Origin: Octopus vulgaris
Lineage: Eukaryota
Length of the DNA: 64,000 nt
Direction of reading: 5' to 3'
Assembly: GCA_951406725.2 (NCBI GenBank)
Contig: OX597816.1
Span: forward strand, 159,774,001-159,838,000
A program made the translations under genes and the position numbers. The notes below the pieces were generated by a model. That model worked only from the letters and a program-made list of their open reading frames with translations. It did no database searches and had not been told where the DNA came from. Shown piece after piece: positions 1 through 10,918 of the stretch (the stretch's first letter is position 1; each line of letters starts with the position of its first letter).

Positions 1-1119
1 GCAGGAAAGGGAGAAAGGATGATGAAATGAGGAGACAGGGCACATACCTTCAAGATTCAAGAAGGTAGAAAAAAAGAACAGGGTCAGAGAATCAAGAATG
101 GCCGAATGAATAGGTAGGTTTATGAAAATGGGAAAAGAGAGGGACAGACATTAGATATGAGGATAGAAAAATTGAAAGGAAATTATTAGTTATGTAAAGA
201 GCAAACTCAGTTTTACAGTAAAGGGGAAATGGGAATCTGTGACCATCATGCTTTTCTCAGTGGTTTCAACAATTCAATTACATCAAAGTGAAATTGTCTG
301 ACCAGGAATCAAAATTTAAGGAGTAAACATTTTCGAACCCTTTCAGTTCAACAAATATCATCAATAGCCCATCAATTTACCAATTCAAAATACCTGAAAA
401 CACCTCTCTCTCTCTCAAAATAAGGACCAGTAATATATATAGGTGTTGATTTGGATTTTGCTCTCCTTCCAGACAAATACTGATCTGTTGCTTAATCAAA
501 ATAGATCAGTATTTTTCTCTAAATTCCTTCAAAGAAATTCTCTGCTCGAAATATCAGAACTTATGTCTCTTCATTCCATGTTGACTTAACTTGTTTTACA
601 AATATTTTAAAATCAGTATTTTTATTGCAAACAAAGTTACATGTCTTTATTCCCCAAATGTCTTTGGATATCACTTTTAATAACAATAAGTTTATTGTAC
701 ACAGTACTCACATGCACTATATGTCAGAAGGGTAAAATAAGGGACAGAAAGCAAAAATAAGTCAATGTAGGTTGTCTATTCTATGCTTTGTTCTGGTGTA
801 CAAAAATGTTTCCAAACATCATGGGTGCTGCACTGTTTATTTTATATTTTATTTTATTTTATAAGTGTGCCCATGTGTGGCCAACATTGTACATGGTGAC
901 TTGTTAACTTAGGCAAAAATCACAAATATATGAGTGTTTCAATTAATCTCAATATTACTGGTGCTCGTTTTATCAACTTCAGAAAAATAAGTCTCTGTAG
1001 GATTCAATCTCACAACACAAGGAGACATAACTAAATATTACAAGACATTTACTCTGGCAGTCTAGCATTTTTGCAACCCCAATGTTCTCATATTTCTACA
1101 TATTAATCAAATTTATTTT

Positions 1120-1283
1120 CCATATTTATTCATGTATAAGTTGCGCTCCGAATTCAGTGTTAAATATTGGTACAAGATTTTTTCCCTTCATAGTTTTTGC
1201 TTTAACCCATGTATATTGCACCCCAGTTTTTTCCAGTTAAAATCAAGTAAAAAATAGTGCACCTTATACATGAGTAAATATGG
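1120..1283. mobile_element. pogo/Tigger-type MITE
   Basis: TIRs CCATATTTATTCATGTATAAG / CTTATACATGAGTAAATATGG followed by TA; similar ends to the element at 61875-62036. Confidence 0.6.
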
Positions 1284-1313
1284 TACCTCATTTTTTTGTG
1301 TTTCTGTCTATAC

Positions 1314-1504
1314 CAGTGGTTCTCAACCATCTTTTACTTAATGATCTATTTTACTTAGATGGACCTACATTGTCACTCAATATATATAATTAAGAATAGT
1401 ATTAAAAAATTATAAATATTTTGTGTATTGTAAAAGTATAACCAATTTATTGCTTATAAATTTTAACAACATAATCTTATACGGACCCTGGTTGAGAACT
1501 ACTG
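1314..1504. mobile_element. hAT (Charlie-like) MITE
   Basis: TIRs CAGTGGTTCTCAACC / GGTTGAGAACTACTG; imperfect 8-bp TSD GTCTATAC/GTGTATAT. Confidence 0.7.
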
Positions 1505-1577
1505 GTGTATATAATATTTCAATTGGCTTGTTACTAATCACCTTCAAATATGATATTTCTACAAACATACTAAATTT

Positions 1578-1813
1578 TTAACCCTTTAACATTTAAACAT
1601 CTAAACTGGCTATATTGGGCCCAAATATTCTACCTGCTTTATGTTCAAACTGGTCAGATCCAACCTCTCACAACTATCTTACAATATCATTCTAAGACTA
1701 AACAATCACATCATCAAAATTTCAAAGCTACAAGATAATGCATGATTCATTAAAAACAATGTGAATAAATTAGCATTGCGTTTGATAGAGTAATCCAATT
1801 GCTAAAGGGTTAA
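1578..1813. mobile_element. piggyBac-type MITE (family A)
   Basis: TTAA-CCCTTTA...TAAAGGG-TTAA; homologous over its length to 28248-28476. Confidence 0.8.
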
Positions 1814-3555
1814 GCAAGGCTTGAACACATGAACTAAATTTCAAATCTGTTATTTATTCACTGTTCTGCAGTCCCTTAGGACAATGCATACTACTCAAAT
1901 AGAAAATTTGTTTACTAATAATTCTTAGGTATATTTTGACTTCAGTGTTGCCAAAACCATATTATATTCTTGGTACTAAAATTTACAACGTAAAAAGAAA
2001 AATAGCATATGATTCTCCATTTAAAAAAACAGCAGGGAACTTGCTGAAAGAGATTTAGTTACTAAGTTGAGGAACTTTCCAGAAGCTTTTATTTTGTTGG
2101 CTTGTGTGTAAGAAATGATGATCTTGATGATAATGATGATGCTGATGGCAACAGTGGTGGTAGTTAAGAAAAATATAGTACAACAATATAACTGTATCTT
2201 AAGATTCAAGTTTTTATTAGGTGGGAGTTAAGCTGTAACGTTATTTCTTTTTTTTTTCTTTTTTGGTGTGGTGGGTGGAGGGTTGAATATCCAGTGGCAG
2301 ATATGTCTAAGTGATATTGATTTCTAATATAGGCATATAGCCTGAAAATGTCTATATTTGATTATATTCACCACTGTACTTATCTAGTATCTACTTTATC
2401 AAACTACAAAGATCAAAGACAAAGTTGACTCTGAGAGAATTTGGGTTAAAAATGTTACTAAATGATGCAAGGCCTTTGGGCCTAGGCTCAAGTACACTGT
2501 CCAAATATGATATACCATTTGTAGTAGATTAGAAGTTATTATATTTGCACTGTCAGTTCAATGACTTGCAGTTACAGTTAGATAACATTCTACTAATGAG
2601 GTCCACTAGGGGTGAAACCTGCCCTGATTTGTCCCCTGACTGCTCAAAAGTCATACTCATGCCCCATTGCATTTTTTGTTAGATTAATTTTAATTAAGAT
2701 TTCAGGGTTGTCTCCCTTAACTTTTTTGACCAGAACTATTCATTTAGGTGATTAACACATCTCTAAAATTGTAGATTTAATTAAAAATGTCATTGTTTGC
2801 TACATCAAGTACATTGGTTTTCACTTATATCTACTCAGCCATTTTTGTTGTTGGTTTGGGATTTTCTAGGTCTGTTTTTGTCCACTCCATCGCAGTATAT
2901 CACCCCTTGTTGTGTCTTTTGTCATCTCTTTTACAAAGTTCAGTGTTCTGAGTTCAACCTTCACCATCTCTTTCTCAACCTTCTTTTTCTGCAAGCCCAT
3001 TTCATTTGGATTGCATTTAATGTTAAAAGTTAATATACCATCTCATATCCACAATTGAAGCTGTATTAAATTAAAATAGCCATCTATGTATACACTATTG
3101 ATAGGCCAGTTGCTGCAATATTTGTCCTGAAATAACATGTCATGGACACACAGGGTTAAAAAGATACAAATATCGGAAACTGATGAAAATTAACCCCAGT
3201 AATGAAAAGTGAGAATACCAGAGGCATTTATACCTTTTGGGCTTTTTAAAGTGGCATATACTCACTGCTATCCACATGCTCAGGTGAAAATTCATCATTT
3301 CTGATATAGGAAAAAGGTGTTATAACATTCCCTGATGTTGCAAGTAGCTTCTCAGGTAAATAAAAACTTGGTATATGCAATTGAGACAATGTTAAATCAA
3401 AATAGCCAGCTATAAATCATACTCAATGTATACACAGTCTGATATTTTTTGTGTTTTTAATACTGCAAGTCCTTAAGAGATATTATCTCAGGACATATAC
3501 TGCAGCAACAGGTCTATTGACAGTATGTATACATTAAGTATTATACACAGATGTG

Positions 3556-3710
3556 GGTTTGGATCTGTGGTAAGAAGTTTGCTTCTCAACCACATGGTTC
3601 TGGGTTCAGTCCTACTGCTTGGCACCTTGGGGAAGTGTCTTCTATATTGTAGCCTTCAACTGATCAAAGTGGATTTGGTGGATGAAAGTTGAAAGAAGCT
3701 CATATATGTA
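3556..3710 (+). mobile_element. tRNA-derived SINE, 5' half (3' half resumes at about 5481-5680)
   Basis: tRNA-like head GTGGTAAGAAGTTTGCTTC...GGTTCAGTCC plus GGCACCTTGGG-AAGTGTCTTC core; the same family recurs at about 6490, 8170, 27985, 31365, 36160(-), 57170(-), 58300(-). Confidence 0.7.
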
Positions 3711-3805
3711 CACATATATAAAAAATACCATTATTATTATTATTTACAGGATTGTAAAATGGGCACTGTAAAAAACAACCATTCACTCCGAAAGCATATA
3801 TATAT

Positions 3806-4370
3806 CATCATCATTATCATTTAGCGTCTGTTCTCCATGCTAGCATGGGTTGGACGGTTCAACTGGGGTCTGTGAAGCTGGAAGGCTTCATCAGGCCCAG
3901 TCAGATCTGGCAGTGTTTCTACGGCTGGATGCCCTTCCTAACGCCAACCACTCCATGAGTGTAGTGGGTGCTTTTTACGTGCCACCCGCACAGGTGCCAG
4001 ACAGAGCTGGCAAACGGCCATGAACGGATGGTGCTTTTACGTGTCACCGGCACGACGGGGGCCAGACAGAGCTGGCAAACGGCCACGAAACGGATGGTGC
4101 TTTTACGTGTCACCAGCACGGGGGCCAGGCGAGGCTGGCAACGGGCACGAACGGATGGTGCTTTTACATGCCACCGACACGGGGGCCAGACAAGGCTGGC
4201 AAACGGCCACGAACGGATGGTGCTTTTGCGTGTCACCGGCACGGGGGCCAGGCGAGGCTGGCAATGGACGCGAACAGATGGTGCTTTTACATGTCACTAC
4301 ATGTCACCGACATGGGGGCCAGACAGGGCTGGCAAACGGCCACAAACGGATGGTGCTTTTACATGTCACC

Positions 4371-4373
<3 letters not shown>
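3806..4373 (-). mobile_element. 5'-truncated RTE LINE 3' tail with expanded ~62-bp tandem array
   Basis: Reverse complement of the 3'UTR of the RTE at 56000-56385; ends in (GAT)n; about 6.3 tandem units at 3967-4373. Confidence 0.85.
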
Positions 4374-4416
<43 letters not shown>

Positions 4417-4420
4417 GTCT

Positions 4421-4723
4421 CCTCTCGTCTACCTTCGTATCTTCGCACCAGTCTGTCCCCTCTAATACACGTGCTCTCTCTCTCTCTCTCTCTCTCTCTC
4501 ATTCATCTACAAGCTATAATCCCGAGCGCAGATAAGATAAGTTTGAATGCTTATTTTTCACTTCTCGACTGACCAATTCATTCATGTTTCTCTATCTATC
4601 TAACTATTTTATCAAATTTCTCTATCTATATATCTATCTATTTTATCTAATTTTATTCATTTCTCCTCGTCTACCTTCGTATCTTCGCGCCAGCTTGAAG
4701 TCTGTCCCCTCTAATACACATGT

Positions 4724-4798
<75 letters not shown>

Positions 4799-5473
4799 CA
4801 TCTACAAGCTATAATCCCGAGCGCAGATAAGATAAGTTTGAATGCTTATTTTTCACTTCTCGACTGACCAATTCATTCATGTTTCTCTATCTATCTAACT
4901 ATTTTATCAAATTTCTCTATCTATCTATATATCTATCTATTTTATCTAATTTTATTCATTTCTCCTCTCGTCTACCTTCGTATCTTCGCGGTGCACCCGC
5001 CCTGCCCACCCCCACCACCAATAACGGATATCTCTATATTTGCTCCATCTATACCGGATGTCGCTTCTCCCACCACCATTATAGGTGTCTACTCTTCGAA
5101 CCCCCCCCTCTTCAATACGCTATTTCACCATGCATTACCCCTCTCTTAATATCCTACGTTCTACTTGCCTAGAACCTGTCATCATTTCTCTGAACCACCC
5201 CTCCCCACTGGTGCTCCCCTAAATTTCGGCCCCCCCCCCACATAAAAAGCACCATCCGAACGTGGCCGATGCCAGACCCCTCTGGCACCTGTGCAGGTGG
5301 CACGTAAAAAGCACCCACTACACTCGCGGAGTGGTTGGCGTTAGGAAGGGCATCCAGCTGTAGAAACACTGCCAGACCAGACTGGAGCCTGGGGCAGTCC
5401 CTAGCTCCCCAGACTCCGGTCGAAACCGTCCAACCCGTGCTAGCGCGGAAAACGGATGTTAATCGATGATGAT
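4421..5473 (+). mobile_element. non-autonomous bipartite RTE derivative (5'UTR monomers fused to 3' tail)
   Basis: 4985-5240 resembles the region upstream of the RTE ORF at 32276-32880; 5240-5473 is the RTE 3' tail; flanked by TATGTCT direct repeat. Confidence 0.6.
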
Positions 5474-6623
5474 TATGTCTACATGTGTGTGTCTTTGCCC
5501 CTCAATTTCACTTGACAACCAGTGTTGGTGTGTTTGTGTCTCTGTAACTTAGCAATTTGGCAAAAGAGAGTAATAGAATAAGTACCAGAAAGAAAAAAGA
5601 AGAATTACTGGAGTTGATCCATTCAACTAAAATTCCTCCAAGTGGTGCTCCAGGATGGCTGCAGTCTAATGAGCGAAATCAGCAAGCAGTGAATTGGAAG
5701 AGTCATCAGAGTATCGGATATAATGCCTTGTGCTGTTTAATTCTGACTCTGCTTTCTGAGATCAAATCTCACAAAGATCAACTTTGCCTTTCATTCTTCT
5801 GGGGTTGACAAACAGAAAAAAACTACTAATTCCAGGTAGTGAATGGTGGAATTGTTAGAGAGTCAGGCAAGATGTCTTGCAGTACATATTTTGGGTGTTT
5901 TCAGTCTGACAGCAACACCTGTAAAAATGCAGGTGCCAAGCTGTTCTGACTCCCAAATTGGTGGCCTTTCCATTGAATAAGCATTAGTGGCATGGAGAGG
6001 AATGACTTGCATATATGGGCAACTGCCAGTCTCCCTAAAAAAACATCTCATCTTAGCCTGCATGTACATTTGTAAAGAAATGGTCATCCTAGATCGACAG
6101 AACCATCACTACCACAACCACCAGCAACAACACCACCACCACCAACACTATCACCTCTACCGCCACCACCACCACCATTGTAACAAAGATTCTTGTTAGA
6201 TTACTTTACATCTTGTGTTTGCTTTTCTTATTTAAAGTTTACTCTTTACATCTCTTCAAAAAATATACATTTTTTTCATAAACAGTAACTTTCATCTAAA
6301 TTTCATCTAAACCTATAATTAAGAAACCAGTCAAAGAGAGAAACCACTCTTGAAAAATGCAATAAATAACCACATAATCAATATGTTATATGTAATAGCC
6401 AAACAAGCATCAAAGACGTGATAAATATATTGTTAACAAGAAAAGTTGCTTTTAGTATACTTTCATTGGCTTTAGTCAATAGGTGTTGGCATAGCTGAGT
6501 ATTTGAGCAGTTTGCTTCTCATCCATATAGTTTTAGTTTCAGTTTCACTTTATGGCATCTTGGGCCAGTGTCTTCTATAGTTACTGAGCTGACGAAAGCT
6601 GTGTGAGTTTGGTAGATGGAAGC

Positions 6624-6852
6624 TTAACCCTTTCGTTACCAACCCGGCTGAAACCGGCTCTGGCTCTGTAGTACAAATGTCTTGTTTTCATAAGTTTTGA
6701 ATTAAAATCTTCCACCAAACCTTAGTCACAATTTATGCTCCTAACACAAGCTGAATCATAACTAAGTTATTTTACTAAATTCTTTGTTATATTTAAAGTA
6801 ATTGAAAGAAATACAGAACATCTCAAAATAAATACAGTAACGAAAGAGTTAA
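6624..6852. mobile_element. piggyBac-type MITE (family B) inserted in a SINE
   Basis: TTAA TSDs; TIRs CCCTTTCGTTAC / GTAACGAAAGAG; related copies at about 28819-29014 and 43537-43745. Confidence 0.8.
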
Positions 6853-7361
6853 AGAAGCTTATTGTGTTTGTGTATGTGTCGTCATTAATTGATGTTTGTT
6901 TTCCATGCTGCTATGGGTTGGCTGATCTGACAGTTTGACAGGAGCTGCACCAGGTTCTGTTGTTTGTTTTGGTATGGTTTCTACTGCTGGATGCCCTTCC
7001 TAATACCAACCGCTTTACTAAGCATGCTGGATGCTTTTTACATGGAATCAGCACCAGTGCTCTTTAAGTCACATCATTGCACTCAGGATCGCGAGATTGT
7101 TTTCACTTCCTGGACCGAGTGGTGTGTTGTGTTCTTCAGCAAAACACTTCATCCCATGTTGCTCTGTGATCACTTTGACACCTGACATGTGGTAAACTGT
7201 TCACCTGTTCAGACAACACCAATTTGAGGGAGGGAGGGAGCTAATTTGGAGCACATCCATTTAATCATCAAATGAATCATTTGTGCAGGTTGTTCAACAG
7301 AAACTGACCGCTCATATTGTCTTCAATGAGAGATTCCATATGCATAGATGAAAATGCATGC

Positions 7362-7418
<57 letters not shown>

Positions 7419-7423
7419 GATAT

Positions 7424-7680
7424 CATTATCATCATCGTTTAATGTCTGCTTTCCATGCATGCTCACATGGGCTGGACGATATGACTGAGGACTAGCAAAC
7501 CAGATGGCTGCACCAGGCTCCAATCTGATCTGGCAGAGTTTCTACAGCTGGATGCCCTTCCTAATGCCAACCACTCCGAGAGTGTAGTGGGTGCTTTTAC
7601 GTGCCACCGGTATGAGGGCCAGTCAGGCGGTACTGGCAACAGTCATGCTCAAGTGGTGATTTTTACTTGTCATCTGCACA
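7424..7680 (-). mobile_element. RTE 3' tail fragment
   Basis: (CAT)n end plus CAGCTGGATGCCCTTCCTAATGCCAACCACTCC motif shared with the RTE 3'UTR. Confidence 0.75.
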
Positions 7681-8169
7681 GGAGTGAGTCCTCACTGGAA
7701 TTGAAAAAACTGGAGTCAACAAAAAGGGGTACAGTTGGATATATATATTTTTTTAATCACTACAGTTGTTTCCACACAACGTAGTTCTCCAGGTGTGCAG
7801 GTACTTGATTATTTGATTATACATAACACACAAACATACACACACATATATGTATATATAGTTATGGTATATTCTGTTAAGAATGCAGTAGAGTACAGCA
7901 TAAAGCTCGTCCACCTTCAGATTTCACCCTTTGCTGTCCAGTAGCAGTATTTATACTTACTTCCAGGTTTGTGTTTGGGCATCTGTCATGTGTGAATGGA
8001 TAATTGGAAAAACATGGAGTCGACAAGAAGGAGTACTGTTGGACATTTATTTTTTCTAATCACTACAATTGTTTCCATGCATCGTTGCATGGAGAATCCC
8101 GTTATGTGGAAACAATTGTAGAGATTGTACTCCATCTGTACTCCTTCTTGTTGACTCCAAATTTTTTGT

Positions 8170-8657
8170 GTAGCTGTGTGGTAAGTAGCTTGTTTACCAA
8201 CCACATGGCTCTAGGTTCAGTCCCAGTGCATGGCACATTGGGCAAGTGTTTTCTACTATAGCCTCAGACTGACCAAAGCCTTGTGAGTGGATTTGGTAGA
8301 CAGAAACTGAAAGAAGCCTGCTGTATGTATATATATATATATCATCATCATATATAATATATATCATCATCATATATATATATATATATATATATGAGTA
8401 CTCTTTTACTCATTTACTTGTTTCATCCATTTGACTGCGGCTATACTGTATATGTTTGTGTGTCTGTGTTTGTCGCCCCACCATTGCTTGACAACCGATG
8501 TTAGTGTGTTTACATCTCCATAACTTAGCAGTTCAGTAAAAGAGACCAATAGAATAAGTACTAGGCTTACAAAGAATAAGTACTGGGGTCAGTCTGTTCG
8601 ACTAAAGGCAGTGCTCCAGCATGGCTGCAGTCAAATGACTGAAACAAATAAAAGAAT
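8170..8657 (+). mobile_element. full-length tRNA-derived SINE with internal (TA)n
   Basis: Head and core 8170-8325, microsatellite, then 3' body ending CAGTCAAATGACTGAAACAAATAAAAG; colinear with 31365-31733. Confidence 0.75.
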
Positions 8658-9071
8658 GTATATGTATGTTTGTATGTATAATGTGAGTAGTCTTGTAGCT
8701 CCTCTTTAATCAGAAGCCTGTACTGTTCTGGCCTCTTCTTTCTTACTTTAACCCTTCATCTAGCATTATGTCACTTCCCACTTTTCTCAAGCCTCATTCA
8801 GTCATGCACATACACTCTTTTGTTCTTTACTTGTTTCAGTCATCAGACTGTGGCCATGCTGGGGGCACTGCTTTGAAATTTTAGTTGAATGAATTGACCC
8901 CTGGACTTATTTTGTAAGCCTGGTACTTATTCCATCGGTCTCTTTTGCTGAATTGCTAAGTTGTGGGGATGTAAAGTTATGGGGATATATATATGTATAT
9001 ATATGTGTGTGTATATATATGTGTGTGTGTGTATGTATATATATATATGTGTGTGTATATATGTATATATA

Positions 9072-9103
<32 letters not shown>

Positions 9104-9263
9104 ACTACACTCACGGAGTGGTTGGCGTTAGGAAGGGCATCCAGCTGTAGAAACATTGCCAGATAAGACTGGAGCCTGGTGCAGCCTTCTGGCTTCCCAG
9201 ATCCCCGGTCGAACCGTCCAACCCATGCTAGCATGGAGAACGGACGTTAAACGATGATGATGA
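9104..9263 (+). mobile_element. RTE 3' tail fragment
   Basis: GGAGTGGTTGGCGTTAGGAAGGGCATCCAGC...GGACGTTAAACGATGATGATG. Confidence 0.8.
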
Positions 9264-10749
9264 TATATTATGTGTGTATATATATATATATATATGTGTG
9301 TGTGTATATATATATATACACACATGCAGATTGTGTTGTAAGGTATTTTGCTCAACTCAGTGAAAAACTAAGCTTCTTACTCTTCAAGTTCAGTCTTTAT
9401 ACCTTTAAACTTTTATGTGCATCATGTCTAGCCTATGTCATCTTTAATACCTCCCTGTCAGCTGCACTACTGATTAGCATAGACCAACATTTCCTCTGAC
9501 ATTAAAGTTTATATCTGTAGGCCTAACACACCGCCCAGTTTAATTTCACCACCTGTTCATTAATACCTTTAGTTGAGTACATTGTATTGCAAGCATTTAA
9601 AGCCACACCTTTTGGTTCATTCCTGCCCTTGTTTCTCTTGCAGATGTTTTAGTTGTATCAATCTCTCAAGTCCAGATTTTTTTCTGCAAATATCATAGAT
9701 ACTTCTCCTTTTTTTCATGACTAATTTTTTTTTCTCCTGCATAGCAGATCAGATGAAGAGTCACTGTGACTGAGCAGACATGGGTTTGACAGCCTCTTGG
9801 CTGTTGCACAGCCAGAATGTAAATGAATGTAACTAAACATTACATGCTATTTTGTCTGGCACCATTTCAGTTCTGCTATCCATCACAATAATAACTACTT
9901 ATATTCTCTGTCTCAAAACTCTTCTCTAATCAAGCAGTCTTCATTACTACTTTGCCTAATAACCTATTAATACATCAAAGCTAAATGACCCTTTTAGATG
10001 TTATTAGTCTGAGAAGGTTCCTTTGTCATCAGCTCTTCAGTTTGTTCATATAAGCTTTTTTTTCTTTTTTTCACTAATGATGCATTCCTTGAAGTTTCGA
10101 CTAATTTGGCAGTATTTCAAATTTATGTCTAGATCAATTAAAACGATTCCGTCAATGCTAAGTTCATTCTTATAACATACAATTTTAACTCCTTTTGCAT
10201 TTCATTTTAATTTTCACACATTGAACAATTATCTCGTCTCTTGAAAAGAAAAAATGGAGAACTACTACACTCCCCTTCTCTTAGAAAAACAAAACAAAAT
10301 TATATGGTATGGTGAGCACTATATTCTCACAACTGTATTCTCTCTACTGGGTATTTTCTATTGAATTGCCTCCAAAACTAACTTATAGCTAAGTAGAAAT
10401 GAGGGCTTCATGCAAAGAAACAGTGTAGTTCTTGTTATTGTGTAGAAACTCCTGTCCTGCAAAATGAAACAATAAGAAATGAGAGCTGAAATTCTGGCCC
10501 TTTTAGTCATCATCTTCAGTGAACGAACATACTCTAATTCTAAGCATATTTTCTGGGGTTTTTTTTATATGAATTCTTCATTCAAGATGATTCTTTTCTT
10601 CAAAAGTATAAAACAACTCACTATTCAGTTTATTTATCACTTCAGGTCTTTATATGTCAGTGACCGTTTTCTGAATAAATAAAATGTGTGTAAACAAACT
10701 AATAGAGGTTACATTTACATACAAGGAAGTTTTACACTTCATTCTAGAT

Positions 10750-10918
10750 CAGTGGTTCCCAAACCTTTTATTTAAATGAGTTTCCCCATGGATCCCTCTT
10801 AATATGCTTATCCTTATATATATATACATATATGAAATTTTGAATTTAGTTCATGGACCCCCAGTACTACCTTTGCAGATCACAAGGGGGTCTGCAGGCC
10901 CCAGGTTGGGAACCACTG
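10750..10918. mobile_element. hAT (Charlie-like) MITE
   Basis: TIRs CAGTGGTTCCCAA / TTGGGAACCACTG with perfect 8-bp TSD TTCTAGAT. Confidence 0.85.

Noticed and set aside
3178-3215. Hammerhead ribozyme (CTGATGA...GAAA)
   Set aside because: Core words are present, but convincing stems I-III could not be formed.
3967-4373. CRISPR-like array (conserved repeat plus variable part)
   Set aside because: The variable parts are homologous to each other, there are no cas genes, the DNA is eukaryotic, and the array is part of the RTE 3'UTR.
3919-4572. Overlapping ORFs of 107-171 aa on both strands
   Set aside because: By-products of the GC-rich tandem array and microsatellites; no protein family signal.
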